Positions 52,807 to 61,897 of a DNA stretch of 64,000 nt are shown here, one piece after another. The stretch comes from Bacteroidales bacterium (lineage in GTDB: Bacteria > Bacteroidota > Bacteroidia > Bacteroidales > FEN-979): contig OY820914.1 in NCBI GenBank assembly GCA_963682005.1, positions 4,644,979 through 4,708,978 on the forward strand. Reading direction: 5' to 3'. How positions within the stretch are numbered: position 1 is the first letter of the stretch; every line of letters begins with the position of its first letter. The position numbers and the translations under genes were made by a program. The notes beneath the pieces are model-generated. The model saw nothing but the letters and a program-made list of their open reading frames with translations, was not told the DNA's origin and ran no database searches.

Positions 52807-52814
52807 CAAAATTA
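52807..52814 (-). promoter_or_regulatory. Candidate Bacteroidota -7 promoter box (TAnnTTTG) for secA
   Basis: The minus strand reads TAATTTTG, 39 nt upstream of the secA ATG. This is a motif match only. Confidence 0.3.
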
Positions 52815-52846
52815 ACAAATTACAGGCAGTATCTCCACCTGAATTC

Positions 52847-54253
52847 TCAGGGGGAAATAACCATTTCCAGTAAGGATTCCAGGCCATTGCCGGGAAGACT
52901 GGCCGGGTATTTAAAAATATTTCCCCTGGAATCGACCAGAACATAAAGGGGGTAAGACTGTACATCATAATCTTTCAGCAGCTGAAGCTGATCGCCAATA
53001 TGCAGGAATGTCCAGGAATATTCCTTTTTCATCATGATAAAATAGAGCATTTTCTGGTACTGGTGATCAGCAGAGATGCTGATAAATGAGATCTTATCCT
53101 TGTATTTATCATAAACTGGTTTAAGCAGGTCCATTTCCGTCAGGCAGTTCTGACAATAAGTAGTCCAAAAACTTATTAGGACTGGTTTTCCCTTGAAATC
53201 TTTCAGGGAAACTGCCTTTTTGTCACGATCGTAAAGGGTAAACGGGGGTGCGGGTGTTCCTTTCCTCAATCTGGTCAGGAACGTGTTCATATCCTCAGCA
53301 ACAACCCTGTTGTCAGGAAACTTGCTTTCTTTCGATATCGTTTCCAGCAAGGAGAGTATGCTTTCCTGGTTGTATCCCGGCATGTTGAACATTTCCATGA
53401 GCCCTTTGAGCAGGACAAGCTCCCTCAGCTGGGGTTTCCGCAGAATGGTGTCCTGTTCCAGGATCCGCATCATAGCCGGATAACTGTTGATGGTAGTGAT
53501 GATCTTCGGATAATCCGTGAACTTGATCGCTTTCGAGGTTACGGTAAGGTATTTTGAGAAGAACTGGTTGAAGAAATCCATGTACTCTGTGTTTTCGTAG
53601 AGGATCGGTGAATCCATGAAATACTTTTTGGCGATCTGTGGTCCGGAAAAGACCTGGGCAAGCTGTTCAAGTGAAGCGAGTTTGTACCTGATGTAGGTTG
53701 CAAAGTAAAAATTCCTGGTTTCAAGGAATGACGTGACGATCTCAACCCTGAATGAATCGAGCTTTGCTTTCTGGCGGTCGCGGTACAATGCATTGAAGTT
53801 GTCAAGGATAAATTTATTGTACATGACATTAAACTGGGCCGTAAGAAAATTCAGATCATCGTTGTCAGAGTTAATGAATTCCACCTGTATGCTTTGTGAA
53901 TGGATCAGCGGATTCATGTCTGTGATCTCCTTGTAATTCATCGGGGCACATTTGATGAAATAGGATTTACCGGGTTCCAGATAAAGTTCCACCCGGTGAA
54001 AATCGATATTAAGGCTGGCGAGAACAGGGGTTTTCATGGGTGCTGAAAAGGTAAACTGTCCTGTCGCATCAACCGTATCCCGGGTAAGTTCTTTCTCAAC
54101 AAAAGTGATCAGGTCCATGGGAGCGACCAGCCGGATGATCTTTCCTTCCGCTCCAGCCGCCGAACCTGTGATGGTTGTGACCTGCGAAAATCCTGAAAAA
54201 GAGAGCAACAGTATGAAGATTGAAAAAAATATTTTGCAGGAATTATCTTTCAT
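52847..54253 (-). CDS. TlpA/ResA-like thiol-disulfide oxidoreductase (thioredoxin fold) with N-terminal accessory domain
   Basis: C-terminal thioredoxin domain with FWTTYCQNC (CxxC). The signal peptide starts at ATG 54253 (MKDNSCKIFFSIFILLLSFSGFSQ). The alternative ATG at 54274 lies inside a heptamer array. Confidence 0.75.
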   Translation of the reverse strand: MKDNSCKIFFSIFILLLSFSGFSQVTTITGSAAGAEGKIIRLVAPMDLITFVEKELTRDTVDATGQFTFSAPMKTPVLASLNIDFHRVELYLEPGKSYFIKCAPMNYKEITDMNPLIHSQSIQVEFINSDNDDLNFLTAQFNVMYNKFILDNFNALYRDRQKAKLDSFRVEIVTSFLETRNFYFATYIRYKLASLEQLAQVFSGPQIAKKYFMDSPILYENTEYMDFFNQFFSKYLTVTSKAIKFTDYPKIITTINSYPAMMRILEQDTILRKPQLRELVLLKGLMEMFNMPGYNQESILSLLETISKESKFPDNRVVAEDMNTFLTRLRKGTPAPPFTLYDRDKKAVSLKDFKGKPVLISFWTTYCQNCLTEMDLLKPVYDKYKDKISFISISADHQYQKMLYFIMMKKEYSWTFLHIGDQLQLLKDYDVQSYPLYVLVDSRGNIFKYPASLPGNGLESLLEMVISP

Positions 54254-54254
54254 T

Positions 54255-54294
54255 TTCGTAATTCGTAATTGCATTCGTAATCCGTAATTCGTAC
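54255..54294. repeat. Tandem 7-bp repeat TTCGTAA (same family as CGTAATT), about 5 units
   Basis: Read directly. It fills the spacer between the coaD stop and the start of 52847..54253. Confidence 0.85.
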
Positions 54295-54298
54295 TTTT

Positions 54299-54757
54299 CT
54301 AAAGTTTCATTTTCTCCGGGATGAACTTACTGACATCCCCCTTATTCTTGATGATCTCCCTTACAACGGATGAACTCAGTGAGGCATATTCAGGGGATGC
54401 CAGGAAAAACACTGTTTCAACTGACGGATCCATGGCTTTGTTCATTTGCCCGATGGTACGCTCAAACTCGAAATCAGCCGAGGTCCTCAATCCCCTCAGG
54501 ATGAAATTGGCATTTACCGTCCTGCAAAAATCCACTGTGAGACCCGAATAGGTTTGGATCTCCACCGTCGGCTCATTCATGAAAATTTCCCTCAGCCACA
54601 GGAGTCGCTGATCCAATGCAAAGTAGCTTTTCTTTTCCGAATTCTCGCCGAGTGCAATGATGATCTTGTCGAACAACGGGATCGCCCGGTGGATGATCGA
54701 TTCATGACCCCGGGTGATCGGGTCGAATGAACCTGGGAAAACAGCAATATTCTTCAT
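54299..54757 (-). CDS. coaD: Pantetheine-phosphate adenylyltransferase
   Basis: 152 aa. The N-terminal AVFPGSFDPITRGHESII (T/HxGH nucleotidyltransferase motif) is typical of CoaD. Confidence 0.93.
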   Translation of the reverse strand: MKNIAVFPGSFDPITRGHESIIHRAIPLFDKIIIALGENSEKKSYFALDQRLLWLREIFMNEPTVEIQTYSGLTVDFCRTVNANFILRGLRTSADFEFERTIGQMNKAMDPSVETVFFLASPEYASLSSSVVREIIKNKGDVSKFIPEKMKL

Positions 54758-54807
54758 GAATTCTGTCTTGGATGGGACAAAGTTAAGAAAAGACAGGAAC
54801 TGATTGC

Positions 54808-55617
54808 TTATTCGAACGTGAATGAAACCTGGAATATTTTAGACTTCAGTGAGCTTATCCCATCCGTATAGATGTTGTGCTCCCTTTTCAGCACATCGGT
54901 CAATCCATACATCATTTTCAGCTCCAGGCAGAACTTGAACCATTCATTATAGAAGTCAAATCCGACACCGGCTTCAACGTAGAAATCGCTTGCATTGAAT
55001 TTTACGATCTTCTCCGCACCTGAACGCTGTTCCCGCTTCTTCGCCTGCGAGGCAAGGTCAAGTGTATATTGAGCTCCGCCCATGATATACGGACGAAAAT
55101 TATTGTACCTGTTCGCTCTGAACTTTATTTCAAGCGGGAAGCTCACATATGTTGAGGGAACCTTTTTTGACTTATTAACGATGGTGCTGTCTCCGTTGGA
55201 AAAGGTCACGATTTTATAGTAGAGATCCCTGTCGCCAAACGATAGTGATGGAATGAACCGCAGGTTGAGATTATTTGTAAGCCGCATATCGCTGACAATA
55301 CTGATCACAAATCCGGGGGTTGCAGATGATTCAATTGTGAGGATCTTAGCTGAATCAGGCATGGGAAGGAGATCCGGAAGGTATGTGGAATCGAAAGCAA
55401 GGCTGCCCAGTTCCGAAACGGGTCTCAGTGTAACCATGCTCTGGTTGACACCGAGCACAAAGCCAAAATGAAAGAGATCCTCGTCATAGCGGGCATTATT
55501 CAGGATCCACCTGTTCTGGCCATAGCCTGTCTTCAAAAATGAACAGGAAAAAACAGAAATAAATACAATAACTAAGCAGGTATATCTCAATACGCAGGTA
55601 AAGTTGATGTTATTCAA
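54808..55617 (-). CDS. porT: PorT/SprT-family outer-membrane beta-barrel protein (T9SS-associated)
   Basis: About 269 aa, with a signal-anchor and an alternating beta-strand pattern ending in FQVSFTFE. It lies immediately downstream of ubiE, a synteny I recall for porT in Bacteroidota. The ORF has a TTG start and no nearby ATG. Confidence 0.55.
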   Translation of the reverse strand: MNNINFTCVLRYTCLVIVFISVFSCSFLKTGYGQNRWILNNARYDEDLFHFGFVLGVNQSMVTLRPVSELGSLAFDSTYLPDLLPMPDSAKILTIESSATPGFVISIVSDMRLTNNLNLRFIPSLSFGDRDLYYKIVTFSNGDSTIVNKSKKVPSTYVSFPLEIKFRANRYNNFRPYIMGGAQYTLDLASQAKKREQRSGAEKIVKFNASDFYVEAGVGFDFYNEWFKFCLELKMMYGLTDVLKREHNIYTDGISSLKSKIFQVSFTFE

Positions 55618-55674
55618 TAAACGTCCGGATTGTCATTTTATTTTAAGCAGTAAGAATGCGATTGAGCTGGCAAC

Positions 55675-56370
55675 CTATTTTGTTCCTGTGTAGATTGTGG
55701 CAATACCAAATGTCATCGGGTATTTTTCCAGGTCTTTTAATCCTGCTTTATGCATGATCTCAAGGAAATCACCTCCTGACGGAAAAGTTGCAACCGATTC
55801 AGGAAGGTATGTGTAGGCGGAATTGCTTCCTGACACCAGCTTTCCGGTCACCGGGATAATGCTCTTTGAATAAAACCGGTATAACCCCTTCACGAAGGAG
55901 GAAGCCGGTTGTGAAAATTCAAGAATGAACATACTCCCACCCTTTCGCATAACGCGTCTCATCTCAGACAGACCCTTTTCAAGATCCTCATAATTTCTCA
56001 CGCCAAAGGCTACGGTAACTGCATCGAAAGAATTATCGGAGAAGGGTATCTTTTCAGCATCCCCGACAGCAAAACTGATCATGTTGTCCAAACCTTTCTG
56101 CCTGATCTTCTCCGTGGCGATGCCGATCATCTTCTCAGCGATGTCGATCCCTGTAATTTTTTCAGGATTCAACCCGGAAAGTGCAACAGCAAGGTCTCCT
56201 GTGCCGGTAGCGACATCCAGGATTCGTAAGGGATGTTTCTTCCCCAGCAGCCGGATCAGATTCCTTCTCCACCAATGATCGATCCCGAAAGAAAGGAAAT
56301 GATTCAGAAAATCATACCTTGGAGATATTTCATTGAACATTTGGCGAATGGTTTCTTTCCGTGGGGCCAT
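55675..56370 (-). CDS. ubiE: Demethylmenaquinone/ubiquinone methyltransferase
   Basis: FNEISPRYDFLNHFLSFGIDHWWRR and ILDVATGTGDLA are hallmark UbiE/MenG motifs. Confidence 0.92.
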   Translation of the reverse strand: MAPRKETIRQMFNEISPRYDFLNHFLSFGIDHWWRRNLIRLLGKKHPLRILDVATGTGDLAVALSGLNPEKITGIDIAEKMIGIATEKIRQKGLDNMISFAVGDAEKIPFSDNSFDAVTVAFGVRNYEDLEKGLSEMRRVMRKGGSMFILEFSQPASSFVKGLYRFYSKSIIPVTGKLVSGSNSAYTYLPESVATFPSGGDFLEIMHKAGLKDLEKYPMTFGIATIYTGTK

Positions 56371-56383
56371 GTGGAGAAATTAT

Positions 56384-56419
56384 TCTAATTGATCTAATTG
56401 ATCTAATTGACCTAATTGA
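56384..56419. repeat. Tandem 9-bp repeat TCTAATTGA x4
   Basis: Read directly. An inverted copy lies at 56468-56484. Confidence 0.9.
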
Positions 56420-56577
56420 ACTAAAATCTCCTGATAATTGGGATTTGGGTTTTCATTAGCGTTTAGAAATTAGATCAATTAGAAATTTTTTACTAGAATT
56501 CTTATTACAAATAATGCAGGCAAAAAAAAAGGATTACCCTGTTTCCAGGTAATCCCTTTTCCAATCAAAATATCTTG

Positions 56578-57414
56578 TTATGCTCCCAGCATGAATCGTT
56601 TGAAAGCAGTCACCTTAAGATCTTTGTCATTTTCCAGGAGATATTGCCGTACGGTTTTCTTTGTATCCCTTACAAAATCCTGGTTCAGCAGTGTGCTGTC
56701 CTTGAAGAATTTTGTCAGTTTTCCGGTTGCGATCTTTTCGAGCATTTCTTCCGGTTTTCCTTCCTGGCGTGCCTGTTCTTTACCGACTTCGATTTCCCTG
56801 TCGATCACTTCCTGGCTAACATCGTCCTTATCAATGGCGACCGGGCTCATAGCTGCAACCTGCATGGCCAGCTCATGTCCGATCTCCTTTACATTCTTCG
56901 CATCGCTTTTATTCAGCCCTACGAGCGTTGAAAGCCTGTTGCCATGATGATTGTATGCAAGAACGACGGGGGCTTCGATGGTTTCAAAATGAGCGATCTG
57001 TATCTTTTCCCCTGTTTTGCCAAGCATTTCATTCAATTTCTCATCAATGGTCATTGCGTTCAGCTTGAAGGTTACCAGTTCTGCTACTGAAGCCGGTTTA
57101 TTTTTGATTCCAAGGTCAAGGATATCTTTGGCAAACTGTTTGAATTCTTCCGTTTTCCCGACGAAGTCGGTTTCACAGTTCACCATAACGACTGCACCAA
57201 ATGTGCCATCGTCTGTTGTCTTTGCCAGTACGATCCCTTCATTGGCGTCACGGTCGGCTCTTTTTGCGGCGACTTTCTGACCTTTTTTCCGAAGATTATC
57301 AATTGCTTTTTCAAAATCTCCTTCAGATTCCTGTAATGCCTTTTTACAATCCATCATACCGGCACCTGTCATCTGGCGAAGCTTGTTTACATCTGCTGCT
57401 GTTATATTGATCAT
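56578..57414 (-). CDS. tsf: Translation elongation factor Ts
   Basis: ITAADVNKLRQMTGAGMMDCKKALQESEGDFEKAIDNLRKKG is the canonical UBA-like N-terminus. Length is 278 aa. Confidence 0.95.
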   Translation of the reverse strand: MINITAADVNKLRQMTGAGMMDCKKALQESEGDFEKAIDNLRKKGQKVAAKRADRDANEGIVLAKTTDDGTFGAVVMVNCETDFVGKTEEFKQFAKDILDLGIKNKPASVAELVTFKLNAMTIDEKLNEMLGKTGEKIQIAHFETIEAPVVLAYNHHGNRLSTLVGLNKSDAKNVKEIGHELAMQVAAMSPVAIDKDDVSQEVIDREIEVGKEQARQEGKPEEMLEKIATGKLTKFFKDSTLLNQDFVRDTKKTVRQYLLENDKDLKVTAFKRFMLGA

Positions 57415-57417
57415 GGA

Positions 57418-57438
57418 AATTTCTAATTTCTAATTTCT
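57418..57438. repeat. Tandem 7-bp repeat AATTTCT x3
   Basis: Read directly. It starts 4 nt upstream of the tsf ATG. Confidence 0.85.
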
Positions 57439-57486
57439 AAAACTAAATAATAAATTTATCCTGAATTCGGAAATCCGGGTCCAGAC

Positions 57487-58419
57487 TTATTTCTTTGAAC
57501 GTCCGGCGGGTTTGCTGATACGTTTCCTGGGGGCTTTTGCTTTCTCAGCTTCTTCTTCGGCAAGGGTTTTCAGTTTACCTACTTTGCTGTCGACAAAATC
57601 CTTTTTTACGATCTTGATCCCTTCAACATCTTCTTCATCAAGCTCGTCGAGATCGCCTTCGCCATGTGCATCGGATTCTTCATCCCTTGGTTCTCCGCGT
57701 TCGTCTTCAACAGCTTTTTTATCGCGATCGAGTTTGCGTTCGATCAATCCTTCTTCGATCGCTTTCACCATGGTTTCAACGATCAGCTGAATCGATTTTG
57801 AGGCATCGTCGTTTGCCGGGATCGGAAAATCGACCTGGCGGGGGTCTGAATTTGTATCGACAATTGCGAATGTCGGGATATTGAGTTTCTTGGCTTCTGC
57901 AACTGCGATGTGTTCTTTCAGAATGTCAACGATGAAAATTGCGGCCGGCAACCTGTTAAGATCGGCGATACTTCCCAGGTTCTTTTCAAGCTTGGCTCTT
58001 TCACGGGTGAGCGTAAGTTTTTCTTTTTTCGAAAGGTTGGTATATGAAGGGCTGCTCATCAGTTTATCGATGGAAGCCATCTTTCTTACTGCTTTCCGGA
58101 TTGTTGCAAAGTTGGTGAGCATACCGCCGGGCCAGCGTTCTGTAACGAAAGGCATATTCACTTTCTTAACCTGTTCGGCGACAATTTCCTTTGCCTGTTT
58201 TTTTGTTGCAACAAAAAGGATCCGTTTCCCGGATTTTGCAATTTGTTTCAGTGCTGATGCAGCTTCATCAACTTTCGCCATTGTCTTATAAAGATCAATG
58301 ATATGGATCCCGTTCCGTTCCATAAAAATATAGGGAGCCATATTGGGATTCCACTTCCTTCTTAAATGTCCGAAATGAACACCGGCATCAAGTAATGCAT
58401 CAAAATTGGTTCTTGACAT
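57487..58419 (-). CDS. rpsB: 30S ribosomal protein S2 with extended acidic then basic C-terminal tail
   Basis: LLDAGVHFGHLRRKWNPNMAPYIF is canonical. The 310-aa length includes about 70 extra residues (DDERGEPRDEESD...KAPRKRISKPAGRSKK). Confidence 0.95.
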   Translation of the reverse strand: MSRTNFDALLDAGVHFGHLRRKWNPNMAPYIFMERNGIHIIDLYKTMAKVDEAASALKQIAKSGKRILFVATKKQAKEIVAEQVKKVNMPFVTERWPGGMLTNFATIRKAVRKMASIDKLMSSPSYTNLSKKEKLTLTRERAKLEKNLGSIADLNRLPAAIFIVDILKEHIAVAEAKKLNIPTFAIVDTNSDPRQVDFPIPANDDASKSIQLIVETMVKAIEEGLIERKLDRDKKAVEDERGEPRDEESDAHGEGDLDELDEEDVEGIKIVKKDFVDSKVGKLKTLAEEEAEKAKAPRKRISKPAGRSKK

Positions 58420-58442
58420 AATTAATTATTATCTGTATAAGA

Positions 58443-58829
58443 TTAACGTTTACTAAATTGAAATCTTTTACGGGCTTTCTTCTGTCCGAATTTTTTCCTT
58501 TCAACCATTCTCGGGTCTCTTCTCATGAGTCCTTTGGCTTTCAATGCGGGACGAAATTCCTCATTGATCTTGCAGAGGGCACGTGAAATGGCAAGGCTCA
58601 GCGCTTCTGCCTGGCCGGTAATCCCGCCGCCGTCGAGGTTGACCTTAACATCGTATTTCCCGAGGTTATTTGTTATTTCAAAAGGTTCTAATACCTGGAA
58701 TTGCAGGATCTTGGTAGGAAAATAGACTGTAAAATCGCGGTCATTGACAGTAATGGTTCCCTGTCCCTCCTTAACATAAATCCGTGCGATGGCGGTTTTT
58801 CTCCGGCCAAGGGCGTTTATTACTTCCAT
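58443..58829 (-). CDS. rpsI: 30S ribosomal protein S9
   Basis: 128 aa. GRRKTAIARIYV ... GGGITGQAEA ... the C-terminal KKARKRFQFSKR is canonical. Confidence 0.95.
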   Translation of the reverse strand: MEVINALGRRKTAIARIYVKEGQGTITVNDRDFTVYFPTKILQFQVLEPFEITNNLGKYDVKVNLDGGGITGQAEALSLAISRALCKINEEFRPALKAKGLMRRDPRMVERKKFGQKKARKRFQFSKR

Positions 58830-58830
58830 A

Positions 58831-59286
58831 TTACTTTATTGAATTTAGGTTGATTGCTTTGGGTTGTTGTGCCTGGTGAGGATGCTCAGTTCCTGCATAT
58901 ACATACAGATTCCGGAACAATTCCCGTCCCAGCCTGTTTTTGGGAAGCATACCCTTTACTGCTTTTTCGATGACCGCTGTGGGTTTTTTTGCCAGTAACT
59001 GTTTTGGTGTAACGCTTTTCTGTCCGCCCGGATAACCGCTATGACTCAGGTATTCCTTATCCGTGAGTTTGTTGCCTGTCAGCAATATCTTCTCGGCATT
59101 GATGATGATCACATTGTCACCACAATCGACGTGGGGTGTAAAATTGGTTTTCATCTTCCCGCGCAGGAACATGGCTGTTCTTGTTGCAAGCCGACCAAGG
59201 ATCTGGCCTTCTGCATCTATCAGCACCCATTCCTTGTTTACCGTTTCCTTGTTGGCGCTAACCGTCTTATAACTTAGTGTGTTCAT
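58831..59286 (-). CDS. rplM: 50S ribosomal protein L13
   Basis: 151 aa. [25 protein letters not shown] and [10 protein letters not shown] are canonical. Confidence 0.95.
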   Translation of the reverse strand: MNTLSYKTVSANKETVNKEWVLIDAEGQILGRLATRTAMFLRGKMKTNFTPHVDCGDNVIIINAEKILLTGNKLTDKEYLSHSGYPGGQKSVTPKQLLAKKPTAVIEKAVKGMLPKNRLGRELFRNLYVYAGTEHPHQAQQPKAINLNSIK

Positions 59287-59339
59287 GAATTACGAATGAT
59301 TTCTTTATCAATAATATCCTTTCCTTACAAAAAGGGGTG

Positions 59340-59347
59340 CAAAGTTA
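59340..59347 (-). promoter_or_regulatory. Candidate Bacteroidota -7 promoter box (TAnnTTTG) for the rplM-rpsI operon
   Basis: The minus strand reads TAACTTTG, 54 nt upstream of the rplM ATG. This is a motif match only. Confidence 0.35.
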
Positions 59348-59518
59348 GAAACTAATTTTTGATTAACCAAATTATCCCAAGAACTTTTTAAACAGAACCC
59401 ATTTTACCTGAAAGACTGTTTTATTTCCTATAAACTGAACAAGATGAAAAATCTAAAATAGCAAAATGGTAAAAACATGATCTCCATTTTGCATTTTAAT
59501 AAGACCCGGGCATTCAGG

Positions 59519-61372
59519 TCAGGAAGCAGATAAATGTTGTTTATGCATGGGTAAAGGGATCGTAATATCGATCAGGGTGCCTTTTTTCGGGTTTCCTTTT
59601 ATAAAAATGATGCCGTTACAGGATGAGATCCGTTCTTTCATGCCGGCCAAACCGTAGGATTCCGCATTTTCCAATGCTTTCCTTGTGATGCCTGTCCCGT
59701 TGTCACGGATGCATATCCATAATTTATTGTTTACGGTTTTAATGCTAAGATTCACCATGGTAGCTCCGGAATGTCTGATTATATTCGTCAGGGCTTCCTG
59801 GATCACCCTGAAGATGGAAAGTTCAATATTCGCAGGGAGTTGAAAGGGTTCACAGTCAATATCGGTCTGGATGTTCAATCCTGTCCGCGTCAGGATCTCC
59901 CTGGTCTGCCATTCGATGGAATCAAGGAATCCAAGCTCATCCAGTTCGGGAGGATGCAATTCTTTCATGATACGATGAATGGACTCGATCGTCTCCTTCA
60001 CCATTTCATTCATCTCCTGAAGTTTCTTTTCCGTGGTTTTTGTAGGTCTCAATTTTGATGCAAGCCAGGAAAAATCCCATTTAAGCACGGCAAGCTTCTG
60101 GCCAATATCATCGTGAATATCCCGCGCAATGGCCTTTTTCTCCTCTTCCCTTACCATAATGATATGATCCGTGAGTTTTCTCAATTCCTCTCTTGATTTC
60201 TGAAGCTCCTCCTCATACCTTTTCCGTGCGGTTACATCCCGGAAACTCCAAACCCTTCCGACAGGCTTTCCGTCAAGTAACTGGGGCTGCGAGAACCGTT
60301 CAAATATCCGGCCATCGATAAAGTCCAGCATATCGAAGCTGATCTCCTCAGGTTTTGAATATAATTCTTCCACTTTTCTTACAAACTGTGCCGGTTCTTT
60401 AAGCTGTGAATAAACATACTCCAAAGCTTCATGATCGTCCTGCCGGTTCAATACTGACCCAGGAATTTTCCACATTTTTTCAAACTGGCGGTTAAATCCC
60501 GATATTTTTCCCGATTTGTCAACAACCAGGATTCCGTCAGCTGTAGATTCAAGCGTTGCCTGCAGGAGCGACACAGTTTGCCTGAGCCGGTCTTCTGCCA
60601 GTTTACGGTCAGTAATGTCGGTTACCATTCCAAAGGACCCAGAAAACCCGCCATCTGCATCCATGATGGGTGATGCGGAAACCAGTGCCCAAAGAGGAGT
60701 TCCATCCTTTCGTTGAAGCTTGCGTTCGTAGCGCCCATGGATTCCTTTCCTGCGATTGTCAATCTGTGATTCATGATCTGAAAGTTCTTCCGGAGCAATG
60801 ATGGCCGATGCGGGATGATCCAGTATTTCATCCGGCGAACATTTAATAAGGTCAAGGATCTGCTGGTTAACATATATGAACCGCTGTTCCTTATCGATAA
60901 TAAAAATCCCTTCGTTTGCCGTCTCAACGATCCTTCGGTATTGCGAATCTTTTTCGTGTAAGGCTTCCTGTGCTTTTTTCCGGTCAATGATATAGTTCCA
61001 TTCCCTTAGCACACGATCAACAATGAAACGCATATTCCTGAATGTTTCAGGCGATTTTGCAAGGTACTCGAGGGCTCCTGATTTGATTGAGTCAACCGCC
61101 ACCTTTTCATCCCCGTAGCTGGTCAGAACCATAATGGGATATGGAATGGATTCAGGGGGACTGACAAGGATCTCCATTGCTTTTCCATCAGCCAGGTTCA
61201 TATCTGCGATCACAATATCAGGAACCTGGGCAACAATTTTTTCATGGTATTCCCTGATCGTTGAGACCGTTGTCAGCCTGTACTCCGGCAGCATTGAAAA
61301 GCAACGCATCAATGCTTCAGCATGCGCCTGCTCATCTTCTATCAATAGTATGGAAATTACCTTTTCTGCCAT
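59519..61372 (-). CDS. Hybrid sensor: N-terminal receiver + PAS domains + HisKA_3 (NarX/DesK-type) histidine kinase
   Basis: REC: ILLIEDEQAHAEAL...DIVIADMNLADGKAME. Two PAS-like blocks follow. H-box ARDIHDDIGQKL (HisKA_3), then HATPase (RVIQEALTNIIRHS...DNGTGI). Confidence 0.85.
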   Translation of the reverse strand: MAEKVISILLIEDEQAHAEALMRCFSMLPEYRLTTVSTIREYHEKIVAQVPDIVIADMNLADGKAMEILVSPPESIPYPIMVLTSYGDEKVAVDSIKSGALEYLAKSPETFRNMRFIVDRVLREWNYIIDRKKAQEALHEKDSQYRRIVETANEGIFIIDKEQRFIYVNQQILDLIKCSPDEILDHPASAIIAPEELSDHESQIDNRRKGIHGRYERKLQRKDGTPLWALVSASPIMDADGGFSGSFGMVTDITDRKLAEDRLRQTVSLLQATLESTADGILVVDKSGKISGFNRQFEKMWKIPGSVLNRQDDHEALEYVYSQLKEPAQFVRKVEELYSKPEEISFDMLDFIDGRIFERFSQPQLLDGKPVGRVWSFRDVTARKRYEEELQKSREELRKLTDHIIMVREEEKKAIARDIHDDIGQKLAVLKWDFSWLASKLRPTKTTEKKLQEMNEMVKETIESIHRIMKELHPPELDELGFLDSIEWQTREILTRTGLNIQTDIDCEPFQLPANIELSIFRVIQEALTNIIRHSGATMVNLSIKTVNNKLWICIRDNGTGITRKALENAESYGLAGMKERISSCNGIIFIKGNPKKGTLIDITIPLPMHKQHLSAS

Positions 61373-61376
61373 ACAT

Positions 61377-61826
61377 TCATCCTCTTTTCGGAAATTGATT
61401 CCAGATCAGCCAGTAATAACCAAATGACTCCATCAGCTCCGTGTATTTGGAAAAATCAACCGGTTTTACGAGATAACTGTTTGCATGATATTTATAGGCT
61501 CTTGCGATATCGATCTCCATGGTGGAGGTTGTAAGAATCACAACTGGAATATGGCTGGTTTCTTCTTTCATTCGCAGTTGCTGGAGCACATCCATCCCAT
61601 CTACCTTAGGCAGGCGAAGATCAAGCAGGATCAGGTGGGGCCATCCGGTCTCAATAACACCTTTTTCGGAAGCCGGATCAAAAAAATAATCGAGAGCCGC
61701 CTGCCCGTCGTGGATATGGATCAGGTTATTGGCAACCCGGCTGGTTTCCAGGTTCCTCCTGACGATCTCTGCATGTGCAGGGTCATCTTCAATGAGCAAT
61801 ATTGTGATCGGTTCTCCCTGAATCAT
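61377..61826 (-). CDS. Single-domain response regulator (CheY-like receiver, no output domain)
   Basis: 149 aa. ILLIEDDPAHAEIV, LILLDLRLPKVDGMDVL, PVVILTTS and ANSYLVKP. Confidence 0.9.
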   Translation of the reverse strand: MIQGEPITILLIEDDPAHAEIVRRNLETSRVANNLIHIHDGQAALDYFFDPASEKGVIETGWPHLILLDLRLPKVDGMDVLQQLRMKEETSHIPVVILTTSTMEIDIARAYKYHANSYLVKPVDFSKYTELMESFGYYWLIWNQFPKRG

Positions 61827-61897
61827 TCGATGTGGAATTGGATCTTCCCAAAAAACTATAAAAATAAGTCTAATTTTTCGATTTTGCTTTTTTCATT

